From the IMG/VR virus record IMGVR_UViG_3300036802_000013, positions 306 to 64,305 of that record: a stretch of DNA of 64,000 bases. One strand, given 5' to 3'. The notes below the pieces were generated by a model that was given only the letters and a program-made list of their open reading frames with translations, searched no databases and was not told the origin of the DNA. This document shows positions 37,729 through 47,000 of this stretch, one piece after another (position 1 is the first letter of the stretch; each line of letters opens with the position of its first letter). Source of the DNA: a virus. A program made the position numbers and the translations under genes.

Positions 37729-38280
37729 ATGGAAATGGCAGAAGTTACAACATCAAGCATTAACGTACCAATCGGTGCAGCAATCGTAGAATACGGCGAC
37801 GGATTAGATATGGTTACATTCGACATCACGAAAGGCGGTATCACTTTCTCGGTGGCTACATCAGTACAGGACGTAACGGTAGACCAATACGGTGAAACAC
37901 CTGTTAAGTCAATTATGAAAGGTCGTAAGGCAGAGGCGTCAGTACCGTTCGCACTTCACGATTTAGAGAAGTTATCGAAGGTAATGCCAAACGCTAAATT
38001 CACGAAGGAAGGCGAAAAGAAAAAGTTAGTAGTTAATGCGCAAGCAGGCTTCGATATGTTATCGGGTGCTAAGAAAATGGTAATCAAACCAACAGACCCA
38101 GCGGCAACAGCCAACGACTGGATTACTATTCCAATGGCATCAGCTATCGCAGACCCAGACTACACTTACAACGCTGATAACGAGCGTGTAGCGAAAATCT
38201 CCTTCACAGCGTACCCAAATAAGGAAACGGGAGTACTGTACATCTTAGGCGATGAAACAGTTAAAGACATCGTAGCGTAA
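37729..38280 (+). CDS. Major tail (tube) protein
   Basis: T.GG, DQ.G..PV; position. Confidence 0.8.
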   Translation: MEMAEVTTSSINVPIGAAIVEYGDGLDMVTFDITKGGITFSVATSVQDVTVDQYGETPVKSIMKGRKAEASVPFALHDLEKLSKVMPNAKFTKEGEKKKLVVNAQAGFDMLSGAKKMVIKPTDPAATANDWITIPMASAIADPDYTYNADNERVAKISFTAYPNKETGVLYILGDETVKDIVA

Positions 38281-38321
38281 TAAGACGGGCGTATTAGGCG
38301 GATTAATTTCTGCTTAGTACG

Positions 38322-38350
38322 CCCTCTTTTTTGTTTATGTGCGCCTAGAG
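38322..38350 (+). promoter_or_regulatory. Phage-specific promoter motif overlapping a terminator
   Basis: ccct-N15-gcgcctagag. Confidence 0.55.
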
Positions 38351-38390
38351 GTACGTGCAAAACGCACACAAACTACGAAGGAGTGAGGAC

Positions 38391-38810
38391 ATGTTAGAAA
38401 TTTTTAAACGAAAGAAAGCGAAGGAAGTTATGCAACGAGTGGACACGTTAAAACTCGGCGAGAAAACGGTACGTATTAAGAAGATTACACCACGAGAGTA
38501 CAAGGAAATATTCGCCGTAATCGGCAGTATTCCGAATCTAGTATATAACGTAGCCAATGCGCCCGAAGGACAATACCAAACGTATTTACTTACGGCACTA
38601 GACGTAGGCTTAGACGACTTTATTAACGTTGTTTCATCGTTAACGGGAATCGAAGCGGAATACTTACACGACGAAGTAGGGCTTTATGATCTTACGGAAT
38701 ATTTAGCGCAAATGGTAGCGTTCAACGATTTAGACAAGACACTAAAAAACGTAATGAGCCTATTGCCGAAACTGACAGCGGAAGCGACGACAGAAGCGGA
38801 AGCGGAGTAG
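38391..38810 (+). CDS. Tail assembly chaperone G
   Basis: Between tail tube and TMP; slippery A AAA AAC at 38744-38750. Confidence 0.8.
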   Translation: MLEIFKRKKAKEVMQRVDTLKLGEKTVRIKKITPREYKEIFAVIGSIPNLVYNVANAPEGQYQTYLLTALDVGLDDFINVVSSLTGIEAEYLHDEVGLYDLTEYLAQMVAFNDLDKTLKNVMSLLPKLTAEATTEAEAE

Positions 38811-39115
38811 AAGCCGAAGAGACACAGAAAGTAAGTATAGACGAGTTTCTTTTAGAAATGGCTGGGTTAATAGGCGTTACACAACGGGAGATAGAGAACG
38901 ACTTCTATATGGTAGACCTCGCTCGCATGGCGGAAATCAAACGCAAGCAGCAGGCACTACAGAAGCTAGAGCTATTACAAATCGTACACGCAAGACAACT
39001 AGAGCAGAAAGACTACGAAGAGTTAGTGCGTAGATATACAAACGAGGCAGAAATAAAACGAAAAGAAGCGAAGTTCAACCGTAGCAAGTTCGAAGAACTT
39101 CGAGCGATAACATAA
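38744..39115 (+). CDS. Tail assembly chaperone GT extension (-1 frameshift)
   Basis: The -1 frame is open from the heptamer into the 38858..39115 ORF. Confidence 0.75.
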   Translation, partial: KKRNEPIAETDSGSDDRSGSGVEAEETQKVSIDEFLLEMAGLIGVTQREIENDFYMVDLARMAEIKRKQQALQKLELLQIVHARQLEQKDYEELVRRYTNEAEIKRKEAKFNRSKFEELRAIT

Positions 39116-39127
39116 GGGGGAAACTAA

Positions 39128-42100
39128 ATGGCAGGAGGCGCAAATGCGGGTGAGGTACGGGCTAGACTCGTCCTCGACAATTCGCAATTTAGACAAGGAG
39201 TACAACAAGCACGAAGCGACATGAGCGGATTAAGTACTAGCGCAGCATCATCGGCTCAAGGTATGTCCGCATTAACTACAGCTAGTGCGGCAGTAGGTAC
39301 GGCAGTAGTAGCAGCAGTCGGCGCAAGTGTTGGCGCAGCAGCTAACTTCGAGCAAGGTATGGCTCGTGTAAAGGCGATTAGTGGTGCAACAGATACAGAG
39401 TTCGCCCAGCTATCGAAGACAGCGAAAGACCTCGGAGCAAGTACGCAGTTTAGTGCGACACAGGCAGCGGAAGCACTTTCGTACTTATCTATGGCGGGAT
39501 TTAAAACAGAGCAGTCAATTAAGGCGTTACCGTCGGTACTTAACTTAGCGGCAGCGGGACAAATGGACTTAGGACGAAGTGCCGATATCGTTTCTAACAT
39601 TATGACGGGGTTCGGTGTATCAGCAGACGATACAGGACACGCAGTAGATGTATTAGTAAAAACGATGACCACAGCAAACACCGACTTACCAATGTTAGGG
39701 GATGCGATGAAATACGTAGCGCCCGTAGCATCTAGTTTAGGTATTTCGATGGAAGACACGGCGACGGCAGTTGCTAAGATGTCCGATGCAGGTATACAGG
39801 GTTCAATGGCTGGTACAGCATTACGTGCAGCGTTACTACAGTTAAACAGCCCGACAGGTGCAGCAGCTAAAGAAATGGAAAAGCTGGGGCTTAACGTTAA
39901 AGATGCGAACGGCAACATGCTTCCATTACCACAAATTATCGGACGTGTCAACGAGAAGACAAAGGACATGACAGACTCGCAGAAAACAGCGACAGCAGCC
40001 CACTTAGTAGGTACAGAGGCAGCGAGTGGATTCGTAGCCCTGTTAAAAGTAGGCGAGAAAGGTCTAGCAGATTACTCACTAGCATTAAAAAATAGCGCAG
40101 GTACAGCCGAGCAAGTTGCGAAGGTTCAGCAGGCAACGCTAAAAGGTGCGTGGACAGAACTTACATCAGCGGCAGAAGGTTTAGCTATCGGAATCGGCGA
40201 GAAGATGCTACCAGCATTTACAGCAGTAGTTAAAGGTGCAACGGGATTCGTAAACGTTTTAGCGCAGTTAGACCCTAAAATGGTAAGCGCTGGACTAGCG
40301 GCAGCAGGAACGGCGGCAGGCGTTGCATTGCTTGCGGTAGGTATCGGTAAAGCAGTTACGGCAGTACGTACATTCACACTCGCATTAGCAACGAACCCAG
40401 CGACAATGTGGATTACAGGCATTTCGCTTGCGTTAGGTGCGCTAGCAGGTGCTTACGTAGGTACTCGTGAAGAAGCCGAAACATTCCAAGAGGTATCATT
40501 CGATAACTATAAAACGATGGACGAGCAGGGTAAGTCTATAACTAGCGCAGCGGACAGCTACGAGAAGTTACGAGGCTCTATTAAGCTAAATAACGACGAG
40601 CTACTAGAGTACCAGCGATTACAAAAGGACTTAGAAGCTACTACAGACCCTCGTACAAAACAAGAGTTACAAGCGGCGCTAGACGGATTAGTACAGAAGA
40701 GTGGGGCGAATAACGAGCAGATTCAGAAAACTATCAGTCTATCGGACGAGCTTATTAAGCAAGCGCCAGCTACAGACCAAGCATTCGACGGACGAGGTAA
40801 TGCTATCGCTAAGACTACCGATGCAGCACGCCAGTACGTAGCGGAACTAGAAAAGGCGAAAGCAGCCGAGCTAGAGTTACAGAAAGCTAATGCTATGAAG
40901 AACTTAAACCGAGACGCAGAGAAGTACCAAAAGGCGGTAGAGAGTGCGAATAACGCTATCGACCAAACGTACGTCTTAGTAGGGAACGTAGAAGAGAAAG
41001 AGGCATCGTTAGCTAAAACGAAGAAGCTCTACGACGACGACCTAAAGAGTAGCGTCGGGTGGAAACGTGAGGCAGCGCAGGAAGCTATCTCGAAAGCAGA
41101 GCAGGAAGTAACACATGCGAAAGAGGCGGTAAAAGCAAATCAAGCTAATGTTACTACGAAACGTGCCGAGGTTGCGATAGCAGACCAAGCCTTACAGAAG
41201 AACAAGCAGACACTAGACGTAGTACTCGCTGGACAAATGGCGCAGGCAGGCGTTAACTACACGAAAGGTCAAGAAGTCGAGGCTATCGACCAAGCTATCG
41301 CAAAAGAGCAAGAAAAGATTAACAAAATAAACGAAGCGGCGCAGGCTAACGGCAAACTAACGGACGAGCAGAAACAGCAGCTAGACGCAGCAAATGCTAA
41401 TGTTCAAAAGTACGGCGAGGTTAAAGCCGCAGTAGAAGATACGAAGAATGCGCAGGCAGAAGTTACGGCTAAAGTAAATGAAACTACCGACGCAGCGGGT
41501 AATCTTAACAAAGTATACGGCGAGCCAGTATCGAAGGAGGTAAAAATAGAAGACGAGCCAGCAAAGGCATCAATCAGCGCATTAGACCGTCTAGCAGAGA
41601 TAGAGAAGACGAAGAAGGTTAACGCTGATACGGCGGCAGCTAACGGAGAGGTAGATAACACGAATGCGAAGATAGAAGAAGAAAAAACTAAGCCTATGGA
41701 TCTTAACCCTTCAAAAGCGAATGCGAAGTTAGTAGACGCCGAGCTAAAGATACAAGAAGAAAAGGTTAAGCCTATGGACGGAAACCCGACGAAATTAAAC
41801 ATCAAAATCCAAGAGGCTAATAAAAAGCAGGAGGAAGCGAAAACAAAGCCACTTCTAGGAAACCCTATCGACGTTCTCGCAAAGATACAGGATGCCGACA
41901 AAAAAGCACAGGAATCGAAAACGAAGCCTATTCTCGGAAATCCACTCGACGCATTCTCGAAGATATCGGAGACAGATAGAAAGATACTAGAAGCTAAGAT
42001 AAAGCCAGTTAAAGCTGATGCGTCAAGTGCAGACGCTACAATAGCCTCGACTAATGCAAAGATAGAAAAGCCAGCCACGAAGGAAGTTAAGGTATGGTAC

Positions 42101-42499
42101 AGCGGCATTAAGGAGTTCTTCGGAGGCGACCCAGTTTATAAGAAACATAGCGGCGGTACTACGCAAGCAATGAAGACTAAGTTTCATAATGGCGGAAGCC
42201 CTACGATAAACGCCCAGCCGAATAGAGCCAAGTTCGACGAGATAGACGTACGACTACTCAAAAACGAAATGGTACTAACAGCAGGACAGCAAGAGAATCT
42301 ATTTAACATGATTCGAACGTTTAACGCTGGTACGGCGGCTAATCTGATTAAGTCAACCACAGCAGGCGGAGGCGGCGGAAGTAGTACGACAAACATTCAC
42401 GTAGCCGAGTTACATGTGCGGGAAGAAGCCGACGTAGAGAAAGTGGCGAAGCAGTTAGCGCAGCTAGAAAAACAACGACAGAGAGCGAGGGGGATGTAA
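39128..42499 (+). CDS. Tape measure protein (TP901-like)
   Basis: Ala-rich; FE..M..V.A, T.FSA..AA, GI.GS.AGT.LR. Confidence 0.92.
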   Translation: MAGGANAGEVRARLVLDNSQFRQGVQQARSDMSGLSTSAASSAQGMSALTTASAAVGTAVVAAVGASVGAAANFEQGMARVKAISGATDTEFAQLSKTAKDLGASTQFSATQAAEALSYLSMAGFKTEQSIKALPSVLNLAAAGQMDLGRSADIVSNIMTGFGVSADDTGHAVDVLVKTMTTANTDLPMLGDAMKYVAPVASSLGISMEDTATAVAKMSDAGIQGSMAGTALRAALLQLNSPTGAAAKEMEKLGLNVKDANGNMLPLPQIIGRVNEKTKDMTDSQKTATAAHLVGTEAASGFVALLKVGEKGLADYSLALKNSAGTAEQVAKVQQATLKGAWTELTSAAEGLAIGIGEKMLPAFTAVVKGATGFVNVLAQLDPKMVSAGLAAAGTAAGVALLAVGIGKAVTAVRTFTLALATNPATMWITGISLALGALAGAYVGTREEAETFQEVSFDNYKTMDEQGKSITSAADSYEKLRGSIKLNNDELLEYQRLQKDLEATTDPRTKQELQAALDGLVQKSGANNEQIQKTISLSDELIKQAPATDQAFDGRGNAIAKTTDAARQYVAELEKAKAAELELQKANAMKNLNRDAEKYQKAVESANNAIDQTYVLVGNVEEKEASLAKTKKLYDDDLKSSVGWKREAAQEAISKAEQEVTHAKEAVKANQANVTTKRAEVAIADQALQKNKQTLDVVLAGQMAQAGVNYTKGQEVEAIDQAIAKEQEKINKINEAAQANGKLTDEQKQQLDAANANVQKYGEVKAAVEDTKNAQAEVTAKVNETTDAAGNLNKVYGEPVSKEVKIEDEPAKASISALDRLAEIEKTKKVNADTAAANGEVDNTNAKIEEEKTKPMDLNPSKANAKLVDAELKIQEEKVKPMDGNPTKLNIKIQEANKKQEEAKTKPLLGNPIDVLAKIQDADKKAQESKTKPILGNPLDAFSKISETDRKILEAKIKPVKADASSADATIASTNAKIEKPATKEVKVWYSGIKEFFGGDPVYKKHSGGTTQAMKTKFHNGGSPTINAQPNRAKFDEIDVRLLKNEMVLTAGQQENLFNMIRTFNAGTAANLIKSTTAGGGGGSSTTNIHVAELHVREEADVEKVAKQLAQLEKQRQRARGM

Positions 42500-42500
42500 C

Positions 42501-43961
42501 ATGGCATTCACATTCAAAGGAAAACATAGTAATCAATTCTTTCTAGTAAACACAATCGAGCGGAGCTTATTGCCGTCTCACACATCGAAGTTAATAAAGG
42601 CGTCGGGTAAAATCGGCGCTTATAGCTTCGGTTCAGAAATCGACGTAAGTACGTACAAGGTAGCGGCTACAGTAACCGCTGATACAAGCGACGCTCTAGA
42701 GAAGAAGCTCGACGCAATTAAGGTATGGCTACAGGGCGACGAGGGCGAGCTAATATTCGACTTCAAACAACAAGTAAGCTATATCGCACAGCTAGACGGC
42801 GATACGCCTATAGAGCCTTTAGGTACGAGCGCATTTATTAGCTTTAACTTACTATGCGCTAATCCAATCGGCGAAGGACTCGAAAAGTCTTATAAGATAG
42901 CGCAAGGCGAGGGTACGGTCGATATTACGAACGATGGTACAGCGCCAGCACAACCGAGAGTAAAAGTCAAGTTTAACGAAGATGCGTATAACATATCCGT
43001 TATCGGCGCAGATGGTGCAGTAACAGTCGGCACGTATCCCGATGCAACGAAGACTACCTTACCATACGAAGAGCGGGCGCTAGTAGACCAGCTTATAGAC
43101 CCGACAATATGGACGAAAGCAAGCGCAATCGACGACGGCGTTATATATGGTGAGTTCGAAAGTAACGGCTATATGTTCCATCAAAAATCATGGGACTACG
43201 GGAAGGATAAGGGCTTTACTGGGTGGCACGGGGCGTCCGCAGTACGATCACTAAATGAGCCTTTAGATAACTTTAAAGTCGAGCTTACGTGTACTTTCCT
43301 TTCGGAAGATAAGGGAGACATGGGGCGAGTAGAGTTCTATCTATTAGACCAAAACGGCAAGCAATTCGGTAAGGCTAGTATGAACGATGTTACATGGTTA
43401 GGTAATCATCAAATAGCAGTAGCTCGCTTCGGCTCACGGGCAGAGGGAATAAATATGGTTTACGACAGCGGTGCATATCCTGGGGTTTGGCAAGGATGGC
43501 ACGACGGCGTTATCTCTTTCGGCAGAAAGCAGCGTAACGGGTATGTAACGTGGTTCTCTTACTTCGCAATTAAAGATACGAAGACAGGACGACTTCACAC
43601 CGAACTATACCGAGAGTATGCGGACTATACGGGCAGGTGGTTACAGAAGCTAGCAGGTGTACAGCTCGCAGTAGGTGCGTTAGGTGGTGGCGATAAGGTT
43701 TACTATATGACGTTAAATGACCTCGTAGTATACAAGTACAACGAAGGAAATCGAGACGTGTATAATGACAGACCTTTCAAGGCAGGCGATACAGTAGAGG
43801 TAGATATGGAAACAGCAGCAGTTTATCACAACGGACATATAGCAACAGACCTTATCGACCCTTCGAGCGATTTCTTTTCTATTCCGACAGGAAAGTCACA
43901 GCTCGCAGTATTCCCAAACGTAGGAGATACGGAAATCACATTCAAAAACAAATATCTGTAA
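42501..43961 (+). CDS. Distal tail protein (evolved Dit)
   Basis: FTF.G..S, N.GT.PA.P; central beta-rich insertion. Confidence 0.8.
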   Translation: MAFTFKGKHSNQFFLVNTIERSLLPSHTSKLIKASGKIGAYSFGSEIDVSTYKVAATVTADTSDALEKKLDAIKVWLQGDEGELIFDFKQQVSYIAQLDGDTPIEPLGTSAFISFNLLCANPIGEGLEKSYKIAQGEGTVDITNDGTAPAQPRVKVKFNEDAYNISVIGADGAVTVGTYPDATKTTLPYEERALVDQLIDPTIWTKASAIDDGVIYGEFESNGYMFHQKSWDYGKDKGFTGWHGASAVRSLNEPLDNFKVELTCTFLSEDKGDMGRVEFYLLDQNGKQFGKASMNDVTWLGNHQIAVARFGSRAEGINMVYDSGAYPGVWQGWHDGVISFGRKQRNGYVTWFSYFAIKDTKTGRLHTELYREYADYTGRWLQKLAGVQLAVGALGGGDKVYYMTLNDLVVYKYNEGNRDVYNDRPFKAGDTVEVDMETAAVYHNGHIATDLIDPSSDFFSIPTGKSQLAVFPNVGDTEITFKNKYL

Positions 43962-43983
43962 GAACAAATAGGCGTAAGTATAC

Positions 43984-44012
43984 CCGAAACATGGGCGTGC
44001 TTGCGCCTATCG
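43984..44012 (+). promoter_or_regulatory. Phage-specific promoter motif (variant)
   Basis: ccga-N15-gcgcctatcg. Confidence 0.55.
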
Positions 44013-44060
44013 TCATGCAGGGAGACAAGCGCAGCAATGCGCTAAGAAAGGGGAAATCAA

Positions 44061-47000
44061 ATGATAATCGTAACAGACAAATACCAGCGGGCGAAGACGA
44101 TACTATCAAACAGCAGCCCGAAAGCATTAGGCTACTTCGGCGACAAGCACCGAGAGCAGCTAGACGGATTACTTACGTATGAGTTTTCTACGTTAGCGAG
44201 TCACCCTAGCGCAGAGCATCTAGTCGCTGGTAACAGTGTTATTGTGCGTAACTTAGACAAGGCGCTTATGAAGTTTCAAATCTTACGCACAGAAGAAGAG
44301 CAAGAAGACGGCAAGTATGTTAAGCGTGTCTATGCGGAAAACTCGGCAGTAGGTGACCTACACGGCGTTGTCGTAAAAGGAACGTTACTAAAGAGTATTG
44401 GACTAGAGCAAGCAGCCACCCACGCATTACAGGGTACAGGCTGGACGCTAGGGCGTGTCGAGTACGCAGGACTGAAAGACGTAGATTTTAGCGAATACCC
44501 TACGGCACTCGCAGCGCTGTATAAGATTCGTGATATTTACGACTTAGAGCTAGAGTTTTCAGTACACTTCGACGGTGTTAAGGTGCGAGAGCAGTTCGTA
44601 CATTTCGTTAAGAGACGTGGACAAAATACCCGCAAGCGTTTTACCTACGGTAAAGACTTGAAAGGTGTTACACGAGAAGAAGATCGTACCGACCTAGTAA
44701 CCGCATTAGTGGGCGTAGGTAAAGCGGACGAGGAAGGCAACCGCCTAACATTCGCAGACTACGAGGCGATGCACGGGGGTTACTGGAAACCGAAAGGGCA
44801 AGACTGGGTAGGCGACGACGAGGCGCTACAGAAATATGGGAATAATGGTAAGCACATATTCGGTCGATTCGAGCTAAGTAGCGTAGACAATGTGTATGAA
44901 CTACTAGATAAAACAGCAGCCGAATTAAAGAAGGTATGCAAACCTCGCATGACCTACACTGTATCCGTAATCTTACTAGAGCGACTAACAAAGTATGAAC
45001 ACGAGAAAGTACGGTTAGGCGATACGATCATCGTAAAAGATACGACGTTCGAACCAGCTCTACTCGTAGAGGCTCGTGTACTAGAGTTAATTCGTTCTTA
45101 TACAGACCCTAGCGAAGATTCGGTATTACTAGGTGAGTTCGTACCTATCTTCGTAGATAAGAATAGACAAATCGAAGCTATTCAGCAGCAAATCAATTCG
45201 AACATAGCGAAGTGGGAGGCGAAAGGCGAGACGGTAATTAAAAGCGTTAACGAGCCGACCAATAAGACACCCGATATGTTATGGCTGGACTTAAACCTAG
45301 AGCCTAACGTAATGAAGCGCTGGGATGCTACAGCGAAGCGATGGGTAAAGGCTTCGGCAACTACAGCGGAAGAAATCGGAGCGGAGACGCCTACGGGAGC
45401 GCAGAAGAAAGCAGACAAGGCGCAGGACAATGCGGCACAAGATGCGACGGACAAGGCTAACAGTGCGATAGACACAGCTTCGAAAGATGCTACTAATAAA
45501 GCAAATCAAGCCAAAGACGACGCAGTACAGATAGCGGGCGAGGATGCAACCAATAAAGCCGATGCAGCCGAAGAAGCAGCGAAGAGCTATGCCGACGGCG
45601 TTGTAGAATCCGTAGAGGCTTCCATGAAAGAACATGCGGAGCAAGTAGCGAAGAATGCAGAAGACTCAGCGAAGTTATTCACCGAATCGTATGCGGAAAA
45701 AGAGCTATTCATCGGAGACACCGCACCAGCCGATACCACTCGCTTATGGATAGATACGACCAAAAAGCTAAATGTACTAAAGCGTTACAATCCGATTACT
45801 AAGGTATGGGATGCAGCAACGCCAACTACAGCAGGCGAAGTCGGAGCGGAGACACCAGCGGAAGCGCAGAAGAAAGCAGACGCAGCTAAATCAGCAGCCG
45901 AAGCAGCAGCGAAGAAGTATACAGATGGCATTCAAGTTACAGTAGATGAAAATGCGAAGAAGTATGCGGAAGAGCGAGCGAAGGCGGCGGAAGATGCAGC
46001 GAAGGTATTTACTGAATCGTATGCACAGAAAGAAATCAAGGTTCAAAATACAACGCCTACAGATACTACGGTGTTATGGCTAGATACAACCAAAGCGCCA
46101 AACATCATGAAGCGTTATGATCCTTCGACGAGTAAATGGGTAAACGCCTCGCCAACAAGTGCGGCAGAACTCGGAGCAGAAACACCCGAAGGAGCTAAAG
46201 TGAAAGCAGATGCGGCGCAAGCGGCAGCGCTAGCAGCAGCAAAGACAGACGCCCAAACAAAGGCAGATGCAGCGAAGCAAGCAGCGATTACCGCAGCGGC
46301 AGCAGATGCAGCTACTAAATCCGATGCAGCTAAAGCGGCAGCTATTGCAGATGCGAAAGTTAAAGCAGATGCGGCACAAGCGGCAGCCATTAAAGAAGCA
46401 CAAGCACAGGCGGCAGCAGCCGAAGAAGCGGCGAAAGCTCATGCAGACGGAATAGTAACCGCAGAAGAACAAGCCCGTATTACGCAGGCAGATGCTAACT
46501 TAGCAGCAGCGAAAAAGGAAGCGGCAGACAAAGCAGCAGCAGCGGAAACAGCAGCGAAGGCAGCAGCGGCATTAGATGCTAAATCCAAAGCGGACGCAGC
46601 GCAAGCAGCAGCGGCGAAAGATGCTAGTACTAAAGCAGACGCAGCACAGGCGGCAGCGGCAAAAGATGCACAAACAAAGGCAGACGCAGCTAGAGAAGCA
46701 GCGAAAACAGCGGCAGCTATCGACGCAGCAGCGAAGGCAGACGCAGCCAAAGCAGCAGCTATCGCAGACGCACAAGTAAAGGCAGACGCAGCTAAAAACG
46801 CAGCTATCGCAGCAGCAGCAACCGACGCTAAAACGAAAGCAGATGCGGCACAGAAAGCAGCAACCGACCGAGCTAATGCGGTAGAGACATCGGTAAAAGA
46901 CTTCGCAAGCAATGCGGGCAATATCACACAAGGCACTATTGCAGCCGACCGTTTATACGGTGGTACGATAGATGCACAAAAAGCGAATATTGTCAACATC

